Positions 20,466-30,523 of a DNA stretch of 64,000 nucleotides are shown piece by piece (position 1 is the stretch's first letter; the number at the start of each line of letters is the position of its first letter). This DNA comes from an uncultured Verrucomicrobiae bacterium. GTDB lineage: Bacteria > Verrucomicrobiota > Verrucomicrobiia > Chthoniobacterales > Chthoniobacteraceae. Made by a program: the position numbers and the translations under genes. The DNA lies in the NCBI GenBank assembly GCA_963836755.1, contig CAWIKF010000001.1, positions 608,001-672,000 of the forward strand. The letters run 5' to 3'. Under the pieces are notes generated by a model, which saw nothing but the letters and a program-made list of their open reading frames with translations, had not been told where the DNA came from and did no database searches.

Positions 20466-22127
20466 ATGATTTCAAATCCAGGCAGCAAATATCGTCCTTT
20501 CCCGCCCGTCGCCTTGCCGAACAGGCAATGGCCCGACCGCGTCCTCACCGCCGCGCCCACATGGTGCAGCGTCGATCTGCGCGATGGCAACCAGGCACTC
20601 GCCGTGCCGATGAACGTCGCGCAAAAACTTGCGCTCTTTGACGCGCTGGTCCGTTGCGGCTTCAAGGAAATCGAAGTCGGTTTCCCATCGGCCTCCAATA
20701 CCGAATACGAATTCATGCGCCGCCTCATCGAGGACGGCCGCATCCCCGACGACGTCACCATTCAAGTCCTCGTGCAGGCTCGCGAAGATTTGATCGAGCG
20801 CACCGTCGAGTCGCTGGCCGGCGCGAAACGCGCGATCATCCACATGTATAACAGCACGTCGCCCGCGCAGCGCCGGTGGGTCTTCGGCTTGGAAAAAGAA
20901 GACATCGTCAAAATCGCCACGCGCGGCGCGCGCTGGATCAAGGAACGCCTCCCGCGCCTCGGCCAGACCGACGTCCACTTTCAATATTCCCCCGAAAGTT
21001 TCTCCGCCACCGAAGTGGATTTCGCGCTCGAGATTTGCGAGGCGGTCATGGAAACGTGGCAGCCGACGCCCGAGCGGAAAATCATCCTGAATCTCCCCGA
21101 CACCGTCGAGGTCGCCATGCCGAACGTCTATGCCGACCAGATCGAATGGTTCTGCACGCATTTAAAAAATCGCGACCGCGCCATCATCAGCCTCCACACG
21201 CACAACGACCGCGGCACAGGCGTCGCCGCCACCGAGCTCGGCCTCCTCGCCGGAGCCGAGCGCGTCGAGGGCACACTTTTCGGCAACGGCGAGCGCACCG
21301 GCAATCTCGACATCGTCATCGTCGCCCTCAATCTCTACATGCACGGCATCCACCCCGGCCTCGACTTCTCGCACCTCAACGAACTGCGCGAAATCTACGA
21401 ACGCTGCACCGGCATGACCGTCCCGCCCCGCCAGCCCTACGCCGGCGAGCTCGTCTTCACCGCATTCTCCGGCTCCCATCAGGACGCCATTAAAAAAGGA
21501 CTCGCAGGCCGCGGTGGCGCCGGCGCGATCTGGGACGTGCCGTATCTGACCATCGACCCCGACGACATCGGCCGCCATTACCGCGAAGTCATTCGCGTCA
21601 ATTCCCAGTCCGGCAAAGGCGGCGTCGCCTACCTGCTCGAGAGCGAATGCGGCATCATCCTGCCAAAAGACATGCAGCGCGAGTTCGGCCCCATCGCCAA
21701 CGACGAAATCGACCGCCTCGGCCGCGAAGTCAGCGCCGACGAGCTCCGCCAGCTCTTCGCCCGCGAATACCTCGACCGCGCGAGCCCGCTCGCGTTGCAG
21801 CACTTTCACGCCGACGGCACAGGCGGCAAGACCCGCTGCCGCTCCACCGTCGTCCGCGACGGCGCGCAGCTCGATTTGACCGGCGAAGGCAACGGCCCCA
21901 TCGCCGCCTTCGTCGAGGCTTTGAAAAACGCCGGCCTCCCGCGCTTCGAGATCGCCACCTATTATGAACACGCCATCGGCGGCGGCGCGGCGGCCTCCGC
22001 CATCGCCTACATCCAGATCAAACTTGCCGACGGACGCGCCCGCTGGGGCGCCGCCATCGACACGAACATCGAGCTCGCCCCGATCAAAGCTCTTCTCAGC
22101 GCGTTAAACCGCTCGCTTAAGGGATAA
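20466..22127 (+). CDS. leuA: 2-isopropylmalate synthase
   Basis: WCSVDLRDGNQAL, SLHTHNDRG, GNGERTGN and AFSGSHQDAIKKG motifs. Confidence 0.96.
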   Translation: MISNPGSKYRPFPPVALPNRQWPDRVLTAAPTWCSVDLRDGNQALAVPMNVAQKLALFDALVRCGFKEIEVGFPSASNTEYEFMRRLIEDGRIPDDVTIQVLVQAREDLIERTVESLAGAKRAIIHMYNSTSPAQRRWVFGLEKEDIVKIATRGARWIKERLPRLGQTDVHFQYSPESFSATEVDFALEICEAVMETWQPTPERKIILNLPDTVEVAMPNVYADQIEWFCTHLKNRDRAIISLHTHNDRGTGVAATELGLLAGAERVEGTLFGNGERTGNLDIVIVALNLYMHGIHPGLDFSHLNELREIYERCTGMTVPPRQPYAGELVFTAFSGSHQDAIKKGLAGRGGAGAIWDVPYLTIDPDDIGRHYREVIRVNSQSGKGGVAYLLESECGIILPKDMQREFGPIANDEIDRLGREVSADELRQLFAREYLDRASPLALQHFHADGTGGKTRCRSTVVRDGAQLDLTGEGNGPIAAFVEALKNAGLPRFEIATYYEHAIGGGAAASAIAYIQIKLADGRARWGAAIDTNIELAPIKALLSALNRSLKG

Positions 22128-22133
22128 CCGGTC

Positions 22134-22442
22134 GCGGTGGCAACCGGTCGGCAATTGGTGCCGACGGGACTGAGATTAGCGCCCACCGGAACGGAAATGG
22201 TGACCACCTTTTGGGAATGGTGCCCACCTTTTGGAAATGGTGACCACCTCTTTGAAAATGGTGACCACCTTTTGGAAATGGTGACCACCTTTTTGGAAAT
22301 GGTGACCACCTTTTTGGAAATGGTGACCACCTTTTTGGAAATGGTGACCACCTTTTGGAAAATGGTGCCCACCTTTTTGAAATGGTGACCACCTTTTTGA
22401 AATGGTGACCACCTTTTTGAAATGGTGGCGACTTTTCGCAAC
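22134..22442. repeat. Tandem array B: about 15 units, 20/21-bp period, ATGGTGACCACCTTTT(T)GGAA
   Basis: Three degenerate 21-bp units (22134, 22155, 22176), then near-identical units at 22197-22421 and a final degenerate unit at 22422. Confidence 0.95.
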
Positions 22443-22539
22443 CAGTTTCGGCCGTTTACTCTGTAGACCCGCTGGAAAAAAGGCACAGTCGCCTGAAATC
22501 GCATCGACAGTTCAGAGCTTCCAGAGCAAAAATCCCCCC

Positions 22540-24663
22540 ATGCACCCTCCATTCAACACTCGCTTCGCACGCGCCTTCCTGGTCGTCGCGGTTTTAACTT
22601 TAGCGCCAATTGCCAGCGGTTGGGCGGCGGCGCGAGTGGATCAAGAGCTGCCGGACGGCTGGAAGTTCATCAAGGACGATGCGGGTGCGACAGCCGCGAC
22701 CACGAACTGGGAAAAGGTTACCATCCCGCACACTTGGAACACCGTCGACGCCGACAAGGGCGACCACGGGAAGGACCCGCATTATAAAAATGGCTATTAT
22801 CGCGGCGCTTGCTGGTATTCCCGCACTATCGACGCGCCTGCAGCGTGGAAGGGAAAACGCGTTTTCGTCCGGTTCGAGGCCGCGTCGCTCGTCGCGAAAG
22901 TTTACCTCAACGGACAGGAACTCGGCGAGCATCGCGGCGCATTCACCGCGTTTTGCTTCGAGTTGACCCCGCTGCTGCATCCCGGCGCGAACGAACTCCG
23001 GGTCCAGGTTGACAACTCGGGCCAAAAAGATGTCCCGCCCCTCGGCGGCGATTTCAACGTCGATGGCGGCATTTACCGCCCCGTCCATCTCATCGTCACC
23101 GACCCGGTCTGCATCACGCCGCTGGATTTCGCGTCGCCCGGCGTGTTCGCGAGCACGAAGTCAGTCAACGCCGCCGCCGCGCAAATCTCAGTCGCGGCGC
23201 TCATTTCCAATGGCAAATCCGCAGCCGCGCAGGTGCGGGTGAAAACTGACATCACCGACGCGAGCGGAGCCGTGGTGGCCACGCAAACCCGTCCCGCGAC
23301 CATCGCTGCGGGCAAGACCGAGCCGGCAAACTTTACCCTGAACGTCGCGTCGCCGCACCGCTGGAACGGACGGAAGGACCCATATCTTTATACCGTGAGG
23401 GTTTCCGTCGAGGGCGGCGAGGCTTCGGACGCGGTCAGCCAGCCGCTCGGCATTCGCACAGTCGAGATCACCGAGGCGCAAGGCTTTCTTCTCAATGGCC
23501 AATCCTACCCGATCCACGGCGTGAACCGGCATCAGGATTGGGGCGGGCAGGGATGGGCCGCGACGCCTGCGAACTTTGACGAGGATGCGCAGATCATGCT
23601 GGACATGGGCGTGACCGCCGTCCGGCTGGCGCATTATCCGCAGAGCGATTACTGGCACAACCTCTGCGACCGCAACGGCATTCTCCTTTGGAACGAAATC
23701 TCGCTGGTGAATCTCATTTCCGACTCGCCGGAGTTTGCCGCCAATGCCGAGCAGCAGCTCCGCGAGATGATCCTCCAGCGTTACAACCACCCGAGCGTCG
23801 CCTTTTGGGGACTCTTCAACGAGCTGGGATTGAGCACCACGAAGCCGCCGGATGCGTTGTTGCAACATCTCAAGGAGGTGACGAACCAACTCGACCCGTC
23901 GCGCCTGATCGTCTGCGCCATTTACAGCAAACACCGAAGCTACAACCAGATCGCCGACCATCCGTGCTTCAACATTTACCCCGGCTGGTATGCCGGAATC
24001 GATAATTTCGAAAAGCTGATCGCCGAGTGCCATGACGAGGTCGGCAAGCGAATCGCCATCAGCGAATACGGCGCGGGCGCAACCCCGGCCGCCGACCAGC
24101 AACAGGAAGGGCCTTTGACGCAAAAACGCGGCGGCAAGCTCCACTCGGAGCAATGGCAGGTCCACGTGCACGAGGTGCTCTGGGCGAATTTCAAGGACAA
24201 CCCGATGCTCTGGGGCACCTTCGTCTGGTGCATGTTCGACTTTCAATCCGCGCGCCGTCACGAGGGCGGCTATGTCGGCGTGAACGACAAGGGCTTGGTC
24301 ACCGAGGATCGCAAGATCAAGAAGGACGCCTATTATTTCTACCAGGCGAACTGGACGCAAAAGCCGATGATCCACATCGCCTCCAGTCGGCTCGACCAGC
24401 GAAAGATCGCGACGACGTCGATCGAAGTTTTTTCAAATTGCAGCAAAGTCGAGCTGACCGTGAATGGGAAGGCGCTGCCAGCGGTCGCGCCCGATGGCGT
24501 CAAAGTTTTCCGTTGGGAGAATGTGGAGCTGAAAGTTGGAATCAACGAGATCGTGGCGAGGGCAACGTCCCCGCAAGGCCCCATCACCGACTCGTGCAAA
24601 TGGTCTCTCGTCGGCGATACGAATAGCTCCGTCGCTGCCCCATCAGGAACGCCGGCGCCTTAG
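22540..24663 (+). CDS. Secreted GH2 glycoside hydrolase (beta-galactosidase/glucuronidase-like)
   Basis: GVNRHQD, VRLAHYPQ, YNHPSVAFWGLFNE, ISEYGAG and VNDKGLVTEDR motifs; signal peptide after ATG 22540. Confidence 0.9.
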   Translation: MHPPFNTRFARAFLVVAVLTLAPIASGWAAARVDQELPDGWKFIKDDAGATAATTNWEKVTIPHTWNTVDADKGDHGKDPHYKNGYYRGACWYSRTIDAPAAWKGKRVFVRFEAASLVAKVYLNGQELGEHRGAFTAFCFELTPLLHPGANELRVQVDNSGQKDVPPLGGDFNVDGGIYRPVHLIVTDPVCITPLDFASPGVFASTKSVNAAAAQISVAALISNGKSAAAQVRVKTDITDASGAVVATQTRPATIAAGKTEPANFTLNVASPHRWNGRKDPYLYTVRVSVEGGEASDAVSQPLGIRTVEITEAQGFLLNGQSYPIHGVNRHQDWGGQGWAATPANFDEDAQIMLDMGVTAVRLAHYPQSDYWHNLCDRNGILLWNEISLVNLISDSPEFAANAEQQLREMILQRYNHPSVAFWGLFNELGLSTTKPPDALLQHLKEVTNQLDPSRLIVCAIYSKHRSYNQIADHPCFNIYPGWYAGIDNFEKLIAECHDEVGKRIAISEYGAGATPAADQQQEGPLTQKRGGKLHSEQWQVHVHEVLWANFKDNPMLWGTFVWCMFDFQSARRHEGGYVGVNDKGLVTEDRKIKKDAYYFYQANWTQKPMIHIASSRLDQRKIATTSIEVFSNCSKVELTVNGKALPAVAPDGVKVFRWENVELKVGINEIVARATSPQGPITDSCKWSLVGDTNSSVAAPSGTPAP

Positions 24664-25388
24664 TGCGCCGCCAGGGCGGCCTTGATCGAAGCGGCCACGT
24701 GCTGCGCGAGGAGTTGATAACCCTCCTTGCTGAAGTGCACGTTGTTCTTCGCTTGCAGTTGCGCTTCCTTCGGCAGGATCGCGTGGTAGAGATCGTCCGT
24801 CGGGATTTTGTTGTCGGCCATCACGTGCGCGGCGATTTCGTTATATTTCAACACGTCGGCTGCGATGCGGGGAGGACTCAGTCTCGTTGAGTCGGGCACC
24901 GGCGTTGTCGAGGCCCAAATCAGTTTCGCGCCGGTCGCCTGCAGGCGTTTGACCAGTTCGCGCAGATTTTTCTCATACTGATCGGGCGGCACTTGCAGGA
25001 TGGGATCGGTGAGGCCGCCTTTCATGATCTTGATGTCGTGCAGGCCAAAGTTGAAATGGATGACATCCCACTTTGCCGGCGTCTGGCCGGCGGGCGTATC
25101 GACGGCGAGCCAGGTGTCGAGGCCCGCAAGACCGGCGGTCGTCGGGCCGGAATTTGCGGCGGGGCGATGGACGTTGGCGACGCCTTTGAGCAGCTCGCGC
25201 ACGAGCGGCGTGTAACCCAGTGAAATCGAATCCCCGATCAACAACACGCGCGGCAATCCCGGTTGATCGGTCACGCCCGCCATCGCCGGGTCGTTCTTTT
25301 TTTCACCGCCCGGCTCGGGCGTGTAAGCGGCGTGGGCCAGCGTGCAGGCGCACAGGGAAAGCAACGGGAGGAGTTTGGTGAGTTTCAT
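24660..25388 (-). CDS. Secreted SGNH/GDSL hydrolase
   Basis: LLIGDSIS, IHFNFGLHD and NVHF motifs; signal peptide from ATG 25388. Confidence 0.85.
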   Translation of the reverse strand: MKLTKLLPLLSLCACTLAHAAYTPEPGGEKKNDPAMAGVTDQPGLPRVLLIGDSISLGYTPLVRELLKGVANVHRPAANSGPTTAGLAGLDTWLAVDTPAGQTPAKWDVIHFNFGLHDIKIMKGGLTDPILQVPPDQYEKNLRELVKRLQATGAKLIWASTTPVPDSTRLSPPRIAADVLKYNEIAAHVMADNKIPTDDLYHAILPKEAQLQAKNNVHFSKEGYQLLAQHVAASIKAALAAH

Positions 25389-25390
25389 GT

Positions 25391-26380
25391 TTAGGAGCAC
25401 AGCCAGCGTAATATTTCGCGGGCGGCGTAGGTGACGATCAAATCCGCGCCTGCGCGCTTGAAGCCGGTCATCGTTTCCATCATCGCCGCGCGCTCGTCGA
25501 GCCAGCCATTTTGCGCGGCGGCCTTGACCATGGAGTATTCGCCGCTGGTGTGGTAAATCGCGGTCGGGACTTGAAAGCGTTCCTTCACGCGCCAAAGCAC
25601 GTCGAGATACGGCAGACCGGGCTTGAGGAGGATCATGTCGGCGCCTTCCTCCAGGTCCGTGGCGACTTCGCGCAAAGCCTCGGCGCAGTTCGCGGCGTCC
25701 ATCTGGTAGGTGCGGCGGTCGCCAAACTGCGGCGCGCTTTCGGCGGCGTCGCGGAATGGGCCGTAAAAGGCGGATGCGAACTTCGCCGCATAGCTCATGA
25801 GAATGGTGCCCGCGCATCCGGCGTCGTCGAGCGCGTCGCGGATCGCGCCGATGCGGCCATCCATCATGTCACTCGGCGCGACGATGTCCGCGCCTGCTTT
25901 CGCGTGTGATACAGCCGTTTTGGCGAGCAGCTCGAGCGATTCGTCGTTCAGGATTTGCTCGCCGTCGACGATGCCGCAATGACCGTGGCTCATGTATTCG
26001 CAAAGGCAGACATCGGTGATGACGACGAGCTGCGGCGCGGATTTTTTAATCGCGCGGACGGCGCGCTGGACGATGCCATTTTCCGCATACGCCTGCGACG
26101 CGCGCTCATCTTTTTCGCGCGGAATCCCGAAGAGCAGAACCGTGCGGATGCCCTCTGCATAAGCTTCCGCGGCCTGCGCGACCGCTTCTTCGAGCGAAAA
26201 CTGCGAGACGCCCGGCATGGTGGCGATTGGCTGCGCGGCGGAAACTTTTTCGCTGATGAAAAGCGGCCAGATGAGGTCCTTCGCGAGGAGGGAATTTTCA
26301 CGGACGAGCTCGCGCACGGCGGCGCGGGCGCGCAGGCGGCGCGGACGCCGGGCCAAGTTGGCGGTTGAATTTTCCGGCAT
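25391..26380 (-). CDS. hemB: Porphobilinogen synthase
   Basis: DVCLCEYMSHGHCG, APSDMMDGR and SAFYGPFRDA motifs. Confidence 0.96.
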   Translation of the reverse strand: MPENSTANLARRPRRLRARAAVRELVRENSLLAKDLIWPLFISEKVSAAQPIATMPGVSQFSLEEAVAQAAEAYAEGIRTVLLFGIPREKDERASQAYAENGIVQRAVRAIKKSAPQLVVITDVCLCEYMSHGHCGIVDGEQILNDESLELLAKTAVSHAKAGADIVAPSDMMDGRIGAIRDALDDAGCAGTILMSYAAKFASAFYGPFRDAAESAPQFGDRRTYQMDAANCAEALREVATDLEEGADMILLKPGLPYLDVLWRVKERFQVPTAIYHTSGEYSMVKAAAQNGWLDERAAMMETMTGFKRAGADLIVTYAAREILRWLCS

Positions 26381-26405
26381 GCGCAGACCACGCTACACGG
26401 CGCGC

Positions 26406-27131
26406 GTGAACTCTCAACCCTTCCTGCTCATCGACATCAGCAATTCGTTCACGAAATTCGCGCTGAGCAGCCGCGAGCAGCTCGGGACGGTGCGGCGCAC
26501 GCCGACCGCGGGGCTGACGGCATCAATGTTTGCGAGGCATCGCGGGAGCCGCGTGGTGCTCGCATCGGTGGTGCCGGAAAAGACGCGGCTTGTGTGCAAC
26601 GCGTTCACCGAAGTTTTACAAGTGAGTGCAAAAGTAAACCTCGGTGTCGGCATTGATTACCCGCGTCCGGCGACGATCGGCGCCGACCGGCTGGCAAACG
26701 CGGCGAGCGCGGCGGAGCTTTACGGCGTGCCGGTCGTGGTGGTCGATTTCGGAACGGCGGTGACTTTCGATATCATCTCGCCCGCGCGAAAATACGTGGG
26801 CGGCGTGATTGCGCCGGGGCTTGGGGCGATGACCGATTATCTTTACCAGCGGACGGCGCTGCTGCCGAAAATCTCGCCAGTGGAGCCGGCGCGGGCGATC
26901 GGAAAATCGACGCGCGCGGCGATGATGTCCGGCGCGGTTTTTGGCTATCGCGGACTGGTGAAACAGATTTTGACGGAGATCAAACAAGAGCTGAGCGTGC
27001 GGAAAATTCGCGTGGTCGCGACCGGCGGCTACGCGGAGCTGATCGCCAAAAAGTTGCCGGAGATCGATGCAGTGCATCCGCACCTGACGCTGGAAGGTTT
27101 GCGGATCATCGGCGCGCTGAACGCGGTCTGA
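26406..27131 (+). CDS. coaX: Type III pantothenate kinase
   Basis: LLIDISNS, GADRLAN, VDFGTAVTFD, GGVIAPG and ATGG motifs; GTG 26406 chosen as start. Confidence 0.92.
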   Translation: MNSQPFLLIDISNSFTKFALSSREQLGTVRRTPTAGLTASMFARHRGSRVVLASVVPEKTRLVCNAFTEVLQVSAKVNLGVGIDYPRPATIGADRLANAASAAELYGVPVVVVDFGTAVTFDIISPARKYVGGVIAPGLGAMTDYLYQRTALLPKISPVEPARAIGKSTRAAMMSGAVFGYRGLVKQILTEIKQELSVRKIRVVATGGYAELIAKKLPEIDAVHPHLTLEGLRIIGALNAV

Positions 27132-27145
27132 TTTGCGCGAGCGCG

Positions 27146-28150
27146 CTACGTTTCCACCACGTCGCCAAGCTCCATGCCGAGATGCCGCGCGAGGCGGATC
27201 ATGTCGTTCGGCAGCGACTTTTTCATGCTGCAGACTTTTTCGAGGTCGACCAAAGTCAGCCGCCCTTTGTTGAGCGCGACCATGGAGCCGCGCTCGCCGC
27301 TGAGGAGCGAAATGACGGCGAGTTCGCCCATGCGGCTCGCGAGCAACCGGTCGAAATGTGAGGGCCGTCCGCCCCGCTGGACGTGGCCGAGCACGGTCTT
27401 GCGCACCTCCTGCTTCAGCGGCGTGTCGCCCTGCGCCTGCTGCATATGTTTTACAAAGGTTTCCGCATCGCAAACACCTTCGGCGAGGATGATGATCGAG
27501 TCGTCGAGCCGGTTGCGGTAGCGGTTCGAGAGCATGTCGAGGATGCGCGGCATGTTGTAGCGATATTCGGGAATCACGGCGACCTCCGCACCGGTGCTGA
27601 TTGCGGTGGAGAGCGCGAGATAGCCGGAGTTGCGCCCCATTACCTCGATCAAAAAACAGCGCCGATGCGAGCGCGCTGTGTCTTTGATTTTGTCGATCAA
27701 TTCCACAATCGTGTTCGATGCCGTGTCGACGCCGACTCCGATGTCCGTGCCGTAAATGTCGTTATCGATCGTGCCGGGAATGCCGATGACCGGCAGCCCG
27801 AGCTTGTTTAATTCCAATGCGCCGCACAGCGAGCCGTCGCCACCGATGACGATGAGCCCGCTGATTTGCTGATCGCCGAGCCGGCGAACTGCCTCGGAGC
27901 GCCCTTCGCTGGTGTAAAACATTTTGCAACGGCTCGTTTGCAGCACCGTGCCGCCGCGATCGAGCACGCCGCTGAGCGAGCGCGTGGTCAGCTCCACGAG
28001 GTCGTCCTCGTAAATGCCCTGGTAGCCGTTGGAAATTCCGAATACCCGCACCCCCTGCCGAATCGCGGTTTTCGCCACGGCGCGAATGGCGGGATTCATC
28101 CCCGGCGAGTCGCCGCCGGACGTGAGGACAGCGATGGTTTTAGCGGCCAT
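27146..28150 (-). CDS. pfkA: 6-phosphofructokinase
   Basis: TSGGDSPGMN, GGDGS, PGTIDND, EVMGR and LGHVQRGG motifs. Confidence 0.95.
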   Translation of the reverse strand: MAAKTIAVLTSGGDSPGMNPAIRAVAKTAIRQGVRVFGISNGYQGIYEDDLVELTTRSLSGVLDRGGTVLQTSRCKMFYTSEGRSEAVRRLGDQQISGLIVIGGDGSLCGALELNKLGLPVIGIPGTIDNDIYGTDIGVGVDTASNTIVELIDKIKDTARSHRRCFLIEVMGRNSGYLALSTAISTGAEVAVIPEYRYNMPRILDMLSNRYRNRLDDSIIILAEGVCDAETFVKHMQQAQGDTPLKQEVRKTVLGHVQRGGRPSHFDRLLASRMGELAVISLLSGERGSMVALNKGRLTLVDLEKVCSMKKSLPNDMIRLARHLGMELGDVVET

Positions 28151-28352
28151 TAAAATTTTTTGAAAAAAGCTGACGGATTTGAACGGCGGCCGCGCGACTG
28201 TGTCAAAGCTAATGTTAGGGGAATTGGTTGGGGTGGCGCGTGTTTAGGTTTTCAAACTCCTTGGTTGGCGCGCGCCACCCTTTTTTCTTGGGAAAGAGCC
28301 GCACGATTTCGTTGCCGAAAGTTTTCCGTTGCCTGATGCTTCCGCACGGAAA

Positions 28353-29696
28353 ATGTCCGCACGCGATTCTTTCTTCGGCATCCGCGCCCAACTCATCGAC
28401 ACGCCCGAGCACGGCCAGCTCCGCTCGTGGAGCGACGGTGCGCTCATCATCGAAGACGGCTTGATCGCGGAGATCGGCGACTACGATGAGTTAAACAAAA
28501 AGCCGCGCGCTGAGCCGGTTCGCTGGCTGCATTCGAGCCGCGCCGTCGCCGTCCCGGGACTCATCGACCTGCACACGCACCTGCCGCAATATCCTGCCGT
28601 CGCCCGAGGCGAAAGCGCGCTGCTGCCGTGGCTGACGCAGCATATTTTTCCGCGCGAGCGCGAGTTCATTGGCGCAAAAGCGCGCAGGGAATGCGCCGAC
28701 TTTTTTGCCGAACTCGCACGGCACGGCACGACGACGGCGATGATTTACACAGCGATTTTTGAGGAAAGTTGCGACGCCGCATTCGAGGCGGCGCAAGCGG
28801 CGGGCGTGCGCGCGATCATCGGCAAAATGATGATGGATGTCGGAAGTTACGGCGACCTTCCGGTTGAAAAAGTCCTCGAGACATCGCTCACGCAAAGCGA
28901 ACGCCTTTGCAAAAAATGGCACGGAGCGAATGACGGAATGCTCGGCTACGCATTTAGCCCGCGCTTCGCGATCAGTTGCAGCCGCGAGCTGATGACGGCG
29001 GCCGCGGAGCTCGCGAACCGGCATGGCGCCTACATTCAGACGCATCTCTCGGAAAATCTCGATGAGCTCGAGCGCGTGAAGGAACTTTTTCCATGGGCGC
29101 GCGATTACACCGATGTCTACGAGCAATGCGGATTGCTCGGCCCGCGCACGGTGCTCGGACATTGCATTCATTTAACGGAGCGCGAGCGGAATGTTTTGGC
29201 GGAAACCGGCACGATCGCGGCGCATTGCCCGACGGCAAATTTTTTCCTCGGCAGCGGCATCATGCCTCTCGACCAAATGCTCGACGCCCACATTCCCGTC
29301 GCGCTCGGGACCGATGTCGCGGCCGGCCCGGAATTGAATTTGTGGCAGGTGATGCGGTCTGCAATCGAGGCGCAGAAGGCGCGCTCATTTTATGAAAAAA
29401 ATGTGCGCGTGCCGTCGTGCGCCGACGCACTTTTTCTCACGACGCAAGGCGCGGCGAATGCGATGGGCAAAGGCGCGCAGCTCGGTTCGTTTGAAATCGG
29501 CAAGGAGGCCGACGTGACGTTGCTCGACATTGACGCGCTGCTTCCCGCGGGTCAAAAAACGAAGGCGCAGCGACACGATCTCAGCGTGGAGGATTTGCTC
29601 GCGCTCTGCATTTATCGCGGCGGTCCGCACGCGACAGTCGAGACTTTCGTGCGCGGCAGATCGGTGTATCGCGCGCCAAACCCGGAACTTTTTTGA
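28353..29696 (+). CDS. guaD: Guanine deaminase
   Basis: PGLIDLHTHLPQY, SPRFA.SC, QTHLSEN, AHCPTAN and LGTDVAAG motifs. Confidence 0.88.
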   Translation: MSARDSFFGIRAQLIDTPEHGQLRSWSDGALIIEDGLIAEIGDYDELNKKPRAEPVRWLHSSRAVAVPGLIDLHTHLPQYPAVARGESALLPWLTQHIFPREREFIGAKARRECADFFAELARHGTTTAMIYTAIFEESCDAAFEAAQAAGVRAIIGKMMMDVGSYGDLPVEKVLETSLTQSERLCKKWHGANDGMLGYAFSPRFAISCSRELMTAAAELANRHGAYIQTHLSENLDELERVKELFPWARDYTDVYEQCGLLGPRTVLGHCIHLTERERNVLAETGTIAAHCPTANFFLGSGIMPLDQMLDAHIPVALGTDVAAGPELNLWQVMRSAIEAQKARSFYEKNVRVPSCADALFLTTQGAANAMGKGAQLGSFEIGKEADVTLLDIDALLPAGQKTKAQRHDLSVEDLLALCIYRGGPHATVETFVRGRSVYRAPNPELF

Positions 29697-30523
29697 TGCC
29701 GCACGATCCGATCAAAATCGCGCTGGAGGAAGACATCGGCGGCGGCGATGTGACCTGTGAATTTTTCGTCGCACCCGAGCAGCGCGGTCGCGCGCGGATC
29801 ATCGCGAAAGAGGATGGCGTCGTCGCGGGAATCGAAGTGGCGGCGGAAGTTTTTCAACGAGTCGATGCAAAAACCGTCGTGCGAATTTTGAAAAAATCCG
29901 GCAGCGAAGTGCGCGTGGCCGAGGCGGTGATGGAAATCGAAGGAACGGTGCGCGCGATTTTGACGGCGGAGCGTGTGGCGCTGAACTTTTTGCAGCGACT
30001 GAGCGGCATTGCGACGCTCACGAAAAAGTTCGTCGACGCAGTCGCGGGCACACGCGTCAAAGTTCTCGACACGCGCAAGACGACGCCCGGACTGCGCGCG
30101 TTGGAAAAGGCTGCGGTGAAAGCCGGCGGCGGAACGAATCATCGGTTCGGGCTTTTCGACATGGTGATGGTGAAGGACAATCATCTCGCCGCAAAAAACG
30201 ACGCCAACTTTTTGCGCGCCTCGATCGAATCAGTGCGCCACGCGCATCCGCAAATTCGCGTCGAAATCGAGGCGGACACGCTCGCGCAGGTGCGGATGTT
30301 TTTGGAAATTGAGGGCGTCGATGTAATTTTGCTCGACAACATGTCGTTAAACGAGATGAGGCAGGCCGTTGCGATGGGAAATGGCCGCACGCAATTTGAA
30401 GCGAGCGGTGGCGTGACTCTCGCGAGCGTGCGCGCGATCGCGGAGACGGGCGTCGATTTTATTTCGATAGGCGCGCTGACGCATTCGGCGCGTGCGCTCG
30501 ATTTTTCGCTGGAGCTTTTGTGA
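29696..30523 (+). CDS. nadC: Nicotinate-nucleotide pyrophosphorylase (QPRTase)
   Basis: DTRKTTPGLR, NHRFGL.D..MVKDNH, LLDNM and EASGG motifs. Confidence 0.96.
   Translation: MPHDPIKIALEEDIGGGDVTCEFFVAPEQRGRARIIAKEDGVVAGIEVAAEVFQRVDAKTVVRILKKSGSEVRVAEAVMEIEGTVRAILTAERVALNFLQRLSGIATLTKKFVDAVAGTRVKVLDTRKTTPGLRALEKAAVKAGGGTNHRFGLFDMVMVKDNHLAAKNDANFLRASIESVRHAHPQIRVEIEADTLAQVRMFLEIEGVDVILLDNMSLNEMRQAVAMGNGRTQFEASGGVTLASVRAIAETGVDFISIGALTHSARALDFSLELL

Noticed and set aside
22007..22552. ORFs across array B and the extended GH2 start at 22402
   Set aside because: They are products of the repeat. The signal peptide places the GH2 start at about 22540.
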